Shown here in pieces: positions 45,601 to 53,363 of a DNA stretch of 64,000 nucleotides. The stretch's first letter is position 1. Every line of letters starts with the position of its first letter. Below the pieces are notes generated by a model, which made no database searches, was not told the origin of the DNA, and was given only the letters and a program-made list of their open reading frames with translations. Source of the DNA: Myxococcota bacterium (lineage in GTDB: Bacteria; Myxococcota_A; UBA9160; UBA4427); contig JBGCEJ010000013.1 of the NCBI GenBank assembly GCA_045106235.1, forward strand, positions 70,179 through 134,178. The letters are read 5' to 3'. The position numbers and the translations under genes are program-made.

Positions 45601-47884
45601 AATCGTCTCGCTCCAAGGCGAACTCAGGCTCACCGGCATCGATACCCTCTCCGACGTGACGCGCACCCTCATCGCCGCCTCGGGGATCGACGGAAGCGTC
45701 TTCATCGACATGCCCGCGAACGGCGTCACCGATTCGCCCTTCGAAGAATATGACGATGAGGTCCGCGTCGAATCGAACCACATCACATTCGCAACGGATG
45801 CCGCGGGCACGTCGCTCAACCTCGCCAGCGAACGGCTCCGCCTCGTCACGGGAACACTCCTGGACGGAACCGAGACCGACGAGGAGCGTTTCCGAGTCGA
45901 CTCAGATCCCGACTCCCTGGAACGGCCCACTTTGACGATTCGACAGGTCGACAATTTCACCAACACCGAGCTTCCTCTTCCCTCGCAGTATTTCACCACG
46001 AACATCGCCAACGAGGTCGTCCAGCGCGAGACACTCGAAGACATCGAGATCGTGCTCGAATCCACCGGGACGAATGTTCTTCTGACCCTCGACAATGACA
46101 TCCGCTCGCGAACCACGACTTCGAACCTGCGCCTGATCTCGGAGGGCGATATCGCGATCGACCTCACGAATCAAACGGAAGGCTTCGAGGATATCCCCGG
46201 CTATGCCGCGCTCCAGCTCGCTTCGCTTGAGCTCAACGCAAACGGCGGCGCAGATAGCGGCGTCCCGAACGGCGTCCAAGGCGACGGAACGATTACCATC
46301 AGCAATTTCACGGAAGCGGGCGTCCCCGCCAACCTCTCGATCGACACCCAGGGCGACCAGCGCTTCAACGGCTTGGTTGAGCTCCAGGAGACGCTCGAAA
46401 CAACCGGCCGCGACCTCGCCTTCACGGGCGACATTTTCCAGAACGGCACCCCGGATGCCGGAATCGTCGTCGCCTCAACCGGCAATGTTCGCATAGGCGG
46501 CAATGTCGGAACCGACCCGAATCCGCTCGACCGATTCTGGGCGATCTTTGACTCCGAAGAACGCGATGCCACCCCCACGCTCACCTTCGACGGCGCGGGC
46601 GATCAGAGCGTCTTCACGGAAAACGATATCCTTGTTGCAGCAGGCGACTTAACAGAAGGCACGCTCATCGACGAGATCGAGACTGAGATCGGCTCCGTTT
46701 CGACTCTGGCTGAGCTCGAAACCCTGTCCTCAGATCTCGAGCTTGGGCGAACACGGCTTTCTCCGTTCGCCACAATCGGGAAGGCCAGCGGAAACCTCAC
46801 ACTCGATACCGAAAACGGCTTCGTCGGCGTGACCTCGGGCGAACGCCTCGCAGTCGGCGGCGACCTCTTGATCGATTCGGGCGCAAGCTTCGCACAGGTC
46901 GGAGATGTTGCGGCCATCAATCTCGATATCGTCGCAGCCGCAATCGGCATCGTCCGCCGCGGCTCCGGGACGACCAGCGACCGGACAGGCGCGAGTCAGC
47001 AAGACGGCGGAGTCGCCATCCTTGCCAATACGATCGACTTCGGTGGCCTAACACCCTTGCTGGTGGGGCGCGGCAGCCAACCCATCTTCGGCGTTCCGGA
47101 TCCCTTCGACCTCGACAATCAGCCGGCGTTCCTCCAAGACTTCGCGGTTTTCGAAATCAATCCCACGGGCTCAGATCTCGATGTCGATGATTTCGCATTC
47201 AGGACCAGCGCAGACGCCTTCGACGGCCAGGTCCGCACGATTCAACCAGGGGGTGCGTCTCGCTCCGACCTCTCGGGCGCAAACGGTCCGGTGATTCTCC
47301 CGACCCCGAAGGCGCAACTTGACGAACCGGCTCGCCTCCGCGACCCGGAGCGCCTGCTCGCCCTTGCAGTCGAAACGCGAGAAGCGGCCAGTGAAGTCCA
47401 GCTGGCTCGCCTCTCGGGTGCCGCCATCATCAACGACCTCGACCTTCCGACCGAGGAAGAAAGCACGATCGTGACCGCTTCCCGTCTCGACGCGAGCGAT
47501 GCAGAAGCGGCATTCGCGCTCTACGAAGAGCTCTTCGGGCCGGAGGGAGAGCAGGCCGCGGATGTGCGAGCTGTCCTCCAAGACGCTCTCGATCAATACC
47601 TTGAAACGACCCGCTCTCGCCGCGTCGTCGGCTTCGAACTTCGCCGCTTCGTCAAGAATCGACCGAGCACGCTTCTTGATGCCTACGCAACCCTCGAAGG
47701 CCTGGACTCGCTCTTCCGCTACCACCGCCGCCTCGGACTCTCGCCCGGCGAATTCCGCCGCGTGCAGTCCGGATGGCTTCGCCAGATTCAGCCCGACGGG
47801 ATCAGCCTCGACGAACTCTCCGAAGCGATCCACCCCTCGCGCTATGTCCGCGGCAGCGACATCCTCGACATCTTCGGACGCTAG
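39644..47884 (+). CDS. giant filamentous-haemagglutinin-type exoprotein (TpsA), 2746 aa, highly acidic
   Basis: Signal peptide ...ILIFAIATMNSLPAMA. N-terminal TPS-like domain (TIFTIDTDSTTIEWQDLQQPEDNHLQFNF...VLNVS...SNGIVGFAGDAGLFINGNAVIDVAGLVA). Then ARGGNKGGDGGFIETSG...AGHWLIDPYNIRI, typical of FHA-family N-terminal regions. The remainder is D/E/T/G/S-rich and beta-helix-like. Confidence 0.85.
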   Translation: MTTSREATRLDRALARILIFAIATMNSLPAMAGDEFDDANNTRFDESNVALDNTQAGQTIFTIDTDSTTIEWQDLQQPEDNHLQFNFTETDGGARVLNVSRSISAIALNGRTSSNGIVGFAGDAGLFINGNAVIDVAGLVAIGSQISAEDFANGERFDLQLSGDITNQGVVTADGNIVLLGRHITNEGLLESGEGSVLLLGAESASIKNWDSLTEDFLGQKNLFGLLGEGTITNSGQIESQNAALLAGRVVNQGEIEVQDGTLLVVGADAVYVSQFDNPVLIRLPHRNSEQDQDAAEEGQEPEYAIENHGTMKAGLGHVRLAAADPLGFGIRQGSGTGERRAEIAAKTIDIEAGENGRVQISGRINADAEGKRGLGGDVNITGEIIALVDAEISASGKGGGGQIQIGGEQQGLGELQRARSVIVDKDSTIRANAKTNGDGGRIVVFAEDLTSIDGRLAARGGNKGGDGGFIETSGLLRFAISTTPNLEADAGKAGHWLIDPYNIRIGADPAPCAGLADTSACGSFNAAIDAIIAPNFDSTGFDGILRTVVPNPDVIGDENFVSADLIERALGIGVDVTISTQVFGDDMNDDPTAGDIILDDAISIMSADVREGTIATLTLRAAGDILINNAIEVLSGGDRSNLALGVSLFANDAAQDVSDRDFGTDLVSGDVLIDANIRTGGGDVDLSGISVVLNSGRTIDTDGGAVRMLSGTLDANRTPTNLERQSDDPEVTDPIDGVGPADPLNPRIEIAGQINTARDYTDANSNTDGGNIVLSASSLNVGVRQRGDDPLQVVTGLVSIDAASTLQSGGGDIAIAGGSAFDGATSNFSGNVDIDGDLISDGGAITITANSQDPRNDTGSFAVTYLTDTRSPGDEGGVIDLDGNISTDGGVLVIGNDTALSISLDGDFDTTSSDVEENGLVRITALDTSAVNIDDDLFGNASVTLGAEAGTTIQTAGLIINTRDLVTGESGGGNAVDITVSGDSSENDDALATTTTLADGSLQTTPNIATVGEAQLTGSRQVTFNPDTEITAEAVRIIAAADPLQLNNDETSGFERGNSETRLRFVGTSGGDANGVLLNTDLVEISVGNGITETTDLTSTDLGTDAAPTDFGLERLAEGDYSGLQLRSFESDSERPEEISIQQDADLTVSAGGPSGPSEIDFAGAFGATSIGSEGMRTTLESSDGILSVRDAAGLNNTSAFVDEDNDAGQSYVVLNGGLALAATEGAALPETVVLGNGVGQALGLGGTTALDVRSLALSTPGDFTVSAVAADSIDAATELTIETGRRTELDDAVESGSLTVDANVSLLASLGLALRAAASGFGDLVFAGTGITLSSDEIELRAGAGEATQNSDSGTRSEIENLASNNVSLRDGSGGIFGDGASSATSFSYRQDDAINAEISLPEIEQFGLVETVGFRSEGDVEYKVRSDFGQIDLDSGDDAADADRFENASISLIGTETGGADAIAIGDNFVFEGKRVELGGTGNFTFDQSLATAFNRDGSDADQEITLRAGTGETGNLDFNRGGESSVLVKAPRINLVAGDGVSPGSGTNSDINVNNASFDLAGPGGALQTFVYQIDDTAFRVSDLPDADQFVGTGNAALPDVLAIRNDVGALTIEDFDVAELPLDLTDDPGRLVLESDFITLSSTDGSNLELTTNPNLNLRLRANSLVLEATENNNDLFGDANNARVRIDARAGDGTDLTGDDASFSARSLLIEAFDEEAEVATAANLSSLSEDPLDENAFDLAEGRAPTTISIRQDGAVSSGELFLQTSVSGLLGRVLEDDEDEEAIASNYTIESILDSVTVAAENVNGSALTLRADVETDIDTAITLSASDFVLDSLNASTEDSILIEDGTSILADKTLTLSATTDGSFPEEETTEPFGRIVFDDASGGTTTLAANQIQITAGPAFALTDPDADNDDERDVIADALLPKIDFSGLAGIAVAGDGADPSLRIQQSGSLNTLTSEGDFVSALLAGGGFWDETEIVSLQGELRLTGIDTLSDVTRTLIAASGIDGSVFIDMPANGVTDSPFEEYDDEVRVESNHITFATDAAGTSLNLASERLRLVTGTLLDGTETDEERFRVDSDPDSLERPTLTIRQVDNFTNTELPLPSQYFTTNIANEVVQRETLEDIEIVLESTGTNVLLTLDNDIRSRTTTSNLRLISEGDIAIDLTNQTEGFEDIPGYAALQLASLELNANGGADSGVPNGVQGDGTITISNFTEAGVPANLSIDTQGDQRFNGLVELQETLETTGRDLAFTGDIFQNGTPDAGIVVASTGNVRIGGNVGTDPNPLDRFWAIFDSEERDATPTLTFDGAGDQSVFTENDILVAAGDLTEGTLIDEIETEIGSVSTLAELETLSSDLELGRTRLSPFATIGKASGNLTLDTENGFVGVTSGERLAVGGDLLIDSGASFAQVGDVAAINLDIVAAAIGIVRRGSGTTSDRTGASQQDGGVAILANTIDFGGLTPLLVGRGSQPIFGVPDPFDLDNQPAFLQDFAVFEINPTGSDLDVDDFAFRTSADAFDGQVRTIQPGGASRSDLSGANGPVILPTPKAQLDEPARLRDPERLLALAVETREAASEVQLARLSGAAIINDLDLPTEEESTIVTASRLDASDAEAAFALYEELFGPEGEQAADVRAVLQDALDQYLETTRSRRVVGFELRRFVKNRPSTLLDAYATLEGLDSLFRYHRRLGLSPGEFRRVQSGWLRQIQPDGISLDELSEAIHPSRYVRGSDILDIFGR

Positions 47885-47931
47885 GCCTCACACCAAAGCC
47901 CCTAAAGCCTCCGGGGCCTCCGAAGCCGCAG

Positions 47932-49350
47932 CTAAGGCTGAACGATTTCGACGTCGCCGAGGCTCTCAAGCTGCGGGGCGATCTGGTCGGCAGGGCCGAG
48001 AACGATAATCGCGGCGCGGTCTGGATGGAGTCGCGTCTGCGCGGCTTCGGCCACATCCGCAAGCGTGACATCGCGGACTCGCCCTCGAAACGTATCGAGA
48101 GAATCATCGGGCAGGCCATGCACCCGAAGATCCACGATCGAGCCCAGCACAGCCTCAGACGTTTCCAGCCCGAGCCCGAAGCGCCCAACGTTGTAGCTGA
48201 TGAATTTCGAGAGTTCCTCCTCGTCGATCGGCCGCCCGCCTCGAATCGCCTCCATTTCACCTAACACGAGATCGATCACACGTCGCACTTCCGGCACGCG
48301 CGTGAACGTGGAAATCGAGAAGGGCCCCGCTTCACTGCGCAGCGAATAGCCCGACCCGATCCCGTAGGTCAGTCCCGCATCCGAGCGCACCGTAATCATC
48401 AGCCGTGAAGAAAAGCCGCTGCCCCCCAGCGCGTCATTCATGAGATCGACCGGAATTCGCTTCGACTCCGTTCGCTCAATCCCTTCATGAGCGAGGATGA
48501 TCCGTGCCTGACCAAGGTCGGGCTTGTCCACAACCACGATGCGACGCTGCGCAGGCGTCTTCGCAGGGACGGGCGGCGTCGCCGAAACGGCTTCCGCGGC
48601 GGCGATCGAGCCGAACCGCGCGCGGACTTCCGCGACGACCTCATCCGCGGAGAGATCCCCCACGGCCCAGAAAATCATACTCCCGGGAACGCGACGCTCG
48701 CTCCAGTAGCGCCGAGCTGCATCCGGCGTCAGTCGCGCCAGGGTCTCCGCCGTGCCGGTCATAGGCAGACCGTAGCGATGTCCCGGATAGAGCACCTTTA
48801 ACGTATGCCACCGCACCAGCGTCGCCGGATCGTCCAGCGCCGCCTGCAGACCCGCCAACTGTTCGCCGCGCGCCTTTTCAAACTCAGAGGCATCAAACCG
48901 CGGACGCATCACAACGTCTTCAAGAATCGAGAACAAGAGATCGCGATCGCTCGAGAGCCCGCTCATCGAAACACGCGTCGTATCCCAACCCGCCGCCACC
49001 GAAAGAGACGCGCCAGCATCCTCAACCACTCGCGCAAGAGCCAGCGCATCCCGGTCCCCCGCACCGCGCTGCATTACTTCCGTCGCGATCTCAGCCAGTC
49101 CTGCCTGCTCAGGAGCGACACTTCCCGCTCCCCTGCGCAGCGTGATGCCCACCGTCGCGCGCGGAAGTCGATGGTCCTCGAGCACGAGAACCTCGATTCC
49201 GTTCGGAAGTGTCGTCCGCGTGAAGTCCTCCGCATCAACGATCGCCCGCTCAGCCGGAGGCGGGGGCGGCTCTTCCCAGGCCGGCTTCGGCTCGAAAAGC
49301 GCGCATCCCTGCAAGGAAAGAGCGAGAGCAATCGAGATCAGGCCGCGCAT
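47932..49350 (-). CDS. M16 (pitrilysin) family peptidase subunit lacking the zinc motif; probable lipoprotein
   Basis: M16 fold blocks are present, but AEIATEVM sits where HxxEH is expected. I set the start at ATG 49350, which is preceded by AAGGAG and a 6-nt spacer. This gives MRGLISIALALSLQGC. Confidence 0.75.
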   Translation of the reverse strand: MRGLISIALALSLQGCALFEPKPAWEEPPPPPAERAIVDAEDFTRTTLPNGIEVLVLEDHRLPRATVGITLRRGAGSVAPEQAGLAEIATEVMQRGAGDRDALALARVVEDAGASLSVAAGWDTTRVSMSGLSSDRDLLFSILEDVVMRPRFDASEFEKARGEQLAGLQAALDDPATLVRWHTLKVLYPGHRYGLPMTGTAETLARLTPDAARRYWSERRVPGSMIFWAVGDLSADEVVAEVRARFGSIAAAEAVSATPPVPAKTPAQRRIVVVDKPDLGQARIILAHEGIERTESKRIPVDLMNDALGGSGFSSRLMITVRSDAGLTYGIGSGYSLRSEAGPFSISTFTRVPEVRRVIDLVLGEMEAIRGGRPIDEEELSKFISYNVGRFGLGLETSEAVLGSIVDLRVHGLPDDSLDTFRGRVRDVTLADVAEAAQTRLHPDRAAIIVLGPADQIAPQLESLGDVEIVQP

Positions 49351-49457
49351 GATCGGCTCCTTCGTGATGGGCGTACGAGTCGGCATATTCGGCGTAGACG
49401 GCGTAGACGGCTTATTCGGTTTGACCGGCGCAGTCGGAGTAGACAGCTGAAATCGCA

Positions 49458-50972
49458 TTAGGCGCCCTCCCCGTCGCGACGCCCGGCGGTCTCAACATCT
49501 TCCCCGCTCGAATCTGGTGGAGGCGAAATCACGTGGACGACGCTCCGCTTATCTCGGCGGAGATAGGTCTTCACGACGCGCTGAACATCTTCGACCGTGA
49601 CGGCCCGGATCGCTTCGATGCGCTCGGCGAGCGGCCGAACGCGACCGAAGTTCACGATCTCACGGCCAACGCGGCTCGCGAGTGCATGATTCGTGGAGAG
49701 TCGGTTCACGAGGCCCACTTCCATCTGTCGCTTCGCGCGCGCGAGCTCGGCTTCATCGACCCCTTGCTCGGCAACGCGGTCGATTTCGTTCATAAAGAGC
49801 GATTCAACCTGTTCAAGAGGCGTCCCCGGTCGAGCGCCCGCCACCGCGTAGAACATCCCCGCGTCGGCAAACTCCATGTAGCCACCGTACGCGTAGAGTG
49901 CTTTCTCGTCGCTGTAGACCAGCTTTCGGTAAAGCCGGCTAGACCGGCCTCCGGAGAGAATTTCGCTGGCCAGATCGAGGGCCTCTCCGTCGGGATGACC
50001 CGAGGGCGGCGTATGCCAACCGGCGTAAAGCAGCGGGACCTGGACTGGAAAGAGCACTTCAGAGCGACGCTCGCCGCTCTGCTCGACGACGGTCGTGGGA
50101 TTGCGCGGAATCTCATCCGCCGCGTCCAGCTTGCCGAAGGTCCGCTTGATTCGGGCCAGGGTCTCTTCCGTCTCGAAGTCCCCCACAATCACGACCGTCA
50201 AGTTATTCGCCGCATAGTAGGTATCGAAGAACGCGCGACAGGCGGCCACGGTCACCTGCTCCACATCGCTCCGCCAACCAATCGTGGGCCAGCGATAGGG
50301 ATGCGCCTGCCAAACCAGCGCCGCGAGGGCCTCGAAGCCGCGACCATCCGGCCGATCCTCCGTCCGGAGTCTTCGCTCTTCAAGCACGACCTCACGCTCA
50401 CTCTCAAGCGTCGTGTCGGAGATGTCCAGATTCGCGAACCGCTCCGCTTCAAGATCGATGACAAGAGGGAGCGACTCCGCCGTAACGTCTTCGTGGTAAA
50501 CCGTGACGTCTCGGCTCGTGTAGGCGTTAATCTGACCGCCTCGCTCGTTGATCAGCTGCGCGTGCACTTCCTCATCGATGTTCTTCGATCCCTTGAACAT
50601 CATATGCTCGAAGAGATGCGCGATCCCGGTATGGAAAGCCTCGTCCGCGGAACCTGCATCCACCCAAATCTGAAAAGCGACAACGGGCGTCCGGTGATCC
50701 TCAAGAAGGACGACCTTGAGCCCGTTCTCGAGCTTCGTCTCGAAGAGTCCGTCGACCGGATCACGCAGAGACTCCTCAGCCCAGCCGAGCCCCGGCATAA
50801 GGGCAGGCATGAGGGCGCAACTGAGGAAAAGAGTCGCCGCGAGCCATCCGGTCCGGGCGCTGGACAAGAAGCGGGAAAGCCAACCGGAGGCGAAACGAAC
50901 CCGGGCCGGCGGACCGGCGGGCGGGAATGCGTGGCTGGACGGAAGAAACGCTGTAGAGGCCGTTCTATGCAT
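49458..50972 (-). CDS. M16 family zinc peptidase (catalytic subunit)
   Basis: HLFEHMMFKG is the inverted HxxEH zinc motif, with a downstream E in NAYTSRDVTVY. An N-terminal hydrophobic signal is present. Confidence 0.85.
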   Translation of the reverse strand: MHRTASTAFLPSSHAFPPAGPPARVRFASGWLSRFLSSARTGWLAATLFLSCALMPALMPGLGWAEESLRDPVDGLFETKLENGLKVVLLEDHRTPVVAFQIWVDAGSADEAFHTGIAHLFEHMMFKGSKNIDEEVHAQLINERGGQINAYTSRDVTVYHEDVTAESLPLVIDLEAERFANLDISDTTLESEREVVLEERRLRTEDRPDGRGFEALAALVWQAHPYRWPTIGWRSDVEQVTVAACRAFFDTYYAANNLTVVIVGDFETEETLARIKRTFGKLDAADEIPRNPTTVVEQSGERRSEVLFPVQVPLLYAGWHTPPSGHPDGEALDLASEILSGGRSSRLYRKLVYSDEKALYAYGGYMEFADAGMFYAVAGARPGTPLEQVESLFMNEIDRVAEQGVDEAELARAKRQMEVGLVNRLSTNHALASRVGREIVNFGRVRPLAERIEAIRAVTVEDVQRVVKTYLRRDKRSVVHVISPPPDSSGEDVETAGRRDGEGA

Positions 50973-51170
50973 GGCTGGACCGTATCCCTTGCACCCGGGG
51001 GTGTCGACTCGTGGTTCTATGGAATCGCGCCCGGGGCGCTCCGAAAAGATGTCAGAAACGAAACTCGCGAGGATGTTCCGCTCTCTAAAGATTCAAACCG
51101 ACAAACAGGCTAATCTGATGTGCCGAACGAACGTCATCTAGGATGATGTTCAGGCTTGCAAGAGGATCTC

Positions 51171-51590
51171 ATGGAAAGCGACGACAGCCTCAAGGGGCTC
51201 TTTGAATCATCGCGCGCAATCGCCGTCATCGGAATCAAAGAACGAGAGACCGAAGATGCCTTTCGCGTCCCTGCCTACATGCAGGCCGCTGGGTACAAAA
51301 TCGTCCCCGTGAACCCCAAGCTTGAGAGCGTACTGGGGGAGCCTTGCCACAAGAGCATCACGGAAGTCGGTCAGGCGGTGGAGATCGTCAACTTGTTTCG
51401 CGCTTCGGAGCATGTTCCTGACCACGTGGACGAGATTCTCGCACTCAGCCCCCGGCCGAAAGCGGTCTGGATGCAGCTTGGGATTCACCATGGCCCCTCC
51501 GCGCAGCGTCTGCGGGAGGCGGGGATCGACGTCATCCAGGATCGCTGCATCATGGTGGACCATCGCCGGCTGCTGGGTGAGAAAAGCTAG
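51171..51590 (+). CDS. CoA-binding domain protein (YccU/YneT-like)
   Basis: IAVIGIKERETEDAFRVPAYMQAAGYKIVPVNPK is the typical CoA-binding Rossmann start. Confidence 0.8.
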   Translation: MESDDSLKGLFESSRAIAVIGIKERETEDAFRVPAYMQAAGYKIVPVNPKLESVLGEPCHKSITEVGQAVEIVNLFRASEHVPDHVDEILALSPRPKAVWMQLGIHHGPSAQRLREAGIDVIQDRCIMVDHRRLLGEKS

Positions 51591-51592
51591 GC

Positions 51593-51985
51593 ATGGCACG
51601 GGGAGACGGAGACCGGCTGGTCTACTCCAGCGCCGATGGACGGATTTGTCCCGCCTGCGGGAAGTCCGAGACACGCTGTAAATGTCGCGGCAAGAGTGCC
51701 CGAGCACGCATCAAGGCCCGGGACGAAGCGGCCGCCGTGGAAGCCAGTGACGGCATTGTCCGGGTCGGACGATCCACCAAAGGTCGAAAGGGTAAAGTCG
51801 TGACGACGGTCACCGGCGTCTCCCTTCCTCCGGATGAACTGCGTAGCCTCGCTGGAGACTTGAAACGCTCCTGCGGCTCGGGCGGCGCGCTCAAAGACGG
51901 CATCATCGAAGTCCAGGGCGAGCATCGCGACGCGCTCGTCGGCGAGCTTGAAAAGCGCGGCTTCAAAGTCAAGCGCGTCGGTTAA
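51593..51985 (+). CDS. yciH: translation initiation factor SUI1/YciH
   Basis: LVYSSADGRICPACG... and a C-terminal SUI1 fold: TTVTGVSL...LKRSCGSGGALKDGIIEVQGEHRD. Confidence 0.85.
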   Translation: MARGDGDRLVYSSADGRICPACGKSETRCKCRGKSARARIKARDEAAAVEASDGIVRVGRSTKGRKGKVVTTVTGVSLPPDELRSLAGDLKRSCGSGGALKDGIIEVQGEHRDALVGELEKRGFKVKRVG

Positions 51986-52691
51986 GCTCCTTCGCCTCGT
52001 AGCGATCCACGCGCCGCGCGAGCCACATCACACCTAACAAATCTGCCCAGACAACCTTGAGCCGCGCCCACACGCTGTATTTCGAATGGCCATGTTGCCG
52101 CGGACGATGCGCCACCGGCGTCTCGATCACGCGGGCCCCTTCGACGGCGAGAAGCGCAGGCAAAAACCGATGCCCTCCGCGAAAGAGTTTTACGCGGTCG
52201 AGATACTCGGCTCGCATCACGCGGATCGAACAGCCGATATCCGTCACCCCGTCCCCCAGCGCACGCTGCCGTAGACCATTCGCAATGCGTGAAGCCAGCC
52301 GGATCGCAGCGGAATCACGACGCTTAACGCGAACGCCGCAAACACAATCTGCCTGCTCGAGCAGAGAGACGAGGCGCGGGAGGTCGGCGGGATCGTTCTG
52401 TAAATCGGCATCGAGCATCGCCACGAGCGGGAACAGGGCAGCGCGAAAACCCGCCTCAAGCGCCCCAGACTGGCCCACATGAGGAGATAGCGAGATTAAG
52501 CGAATTCGAGAATCCCGCTGCGCCAAATCAGAGATGAGCGCCGGCCCCGCATCCCGACTCGCGTCATCCACGAAAATCAGTTCCGCCTCGAACGCGTCAG
52601 CCGGCAGAGCCGCGGAGAGCTCTGCATGAAGCCGAGAAAGAGACTCCGCCTCATCTCGAAAGGGGATCACGACAGAGAGCGCAATCGGCAT
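51969..52691 (-). CDS. family-2 glycosyltransferase, polyprenyl-phosphate sugar transferase type (DPM1/ArnC-like)
   Basis: LSVVIPFRDE...IFVDDASRD...LDADLQNDP (DxD). The 3' end overlaps yciH by 17 nt, convergently. Confidence 0.8.
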   Translation of the reverse strand: MPIALSVVIPFRDEAESLSRLHAELSAALPADAFEAELIFVDDASRDAGPALISDLAQRDSRIRLISLSPHVGQSGALEAGFRAALFPLVAMLDADLQNDPADLPRLVSLLEQADCVCGVRVKRRDSAAIRLASRIANGLRQRALGDGVTDIGCSIRVMRAEYLDRVKLFRGGHRFLPALLAVEGARVIETPVAHRPRQHGHSKYSVWARLKVVWADLLGVMWLARRVDRYEAKELNRRA

Positions 52692-52692
52692 G

Positions 52693-53322
52693 CTAGTTGA
52701 ATCGGCTCAGAACAAAGTAGCTGCCCAGATCCTGCCCGTTTCGCGCGGCAGAACCGATCAACACATGATCAGAAACTCGCCGAAGTCGGTCCACCATAAA
52801 CCCATAGACGAATCGACCTAACCCCGACTCGTTTGACTTAACCGCGGGCCAATCCGCAGGCGTCGCCTCGGGAAGCAGATGATAGTCCACTAGCACCTCA
52901 GCCTTTTCCCTATCCTCGACGGCGACGTAGTACCCCGGCCCCGTTACCGCAGACATGGTTTGAAAGTTGTATCCAGCTAAGCGGTCGGGATGCGCCGCAT
53001 CGGCTCCCGGCATCCGGCAGAAGCGCTTTTCGAAAATCCGAAACGCTGGCAGCGTGTTCCGCCCCAAGAATCGAACCTCTTCGAGATCCGCGCAGCTCGC
53101 GGGCACGAGGTCCGCGAGCGTAAGCGCAGCGTAGCCGGACGCTTTTTCGTAGAGCGCGCGCTGATCGCTGCGTCCCAGCAGGCGTACCACTCGCCCGCGT
53201 AGTTCCCCCGGAAGACTATCCAACAGCTTCGCGATGGCTGCGGGCGAGCTCCCCGAATCTCGGATCAGGCTCGAAAGCTCCGCATGCTGCGCCCGCTCGT
53301 CGCCCTTTGATTGCTCGGTCAC
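52693..53322 (-). CDS. hypothetical protein (no recognisable motif)
   Basis: GTG start at 53322, preceded by AAGGAGG and a 6-nt spacer. The stop lies 1 nt before the GT2 start, which implies an operon with the GT2 gene. Confidence 0.5.
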   Translation of the reverse strand: MTEQSKGDERAQHAELSSLIRDSGSSPAAIAKLLDSLPGELRGRVVRLLGRSDQRALYEKASGYAALTLADLVPASCADLEEVRFLGRNTLPAFRIFEKRFCRMPGADAAHPDRLAGYNFQTMSAVTGPGYYVAVEDREKAEVLVDYHLLPEATPADWPAVKSNESGLGRFVYGFMVDRLRRVSDHVLIGSAARNGQDLGSYFVLSRFN

Positions 53323-53363
53323 GCTGCACCTCCTTGCCAGGAAGGGTACCGTGATCGGCATTC

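Noticed and set aside
39644-47884. TpsA as a contact-dependent inhibition (CdiA) toxin or ShlA-type haemolysin
   Set aside because: There is no VENN or other pretoxin demarcation motif and no small immunity ORF downstream. At 2746 aa with an acidic repetitive body, it does not fit ShlA-type cytolysins.
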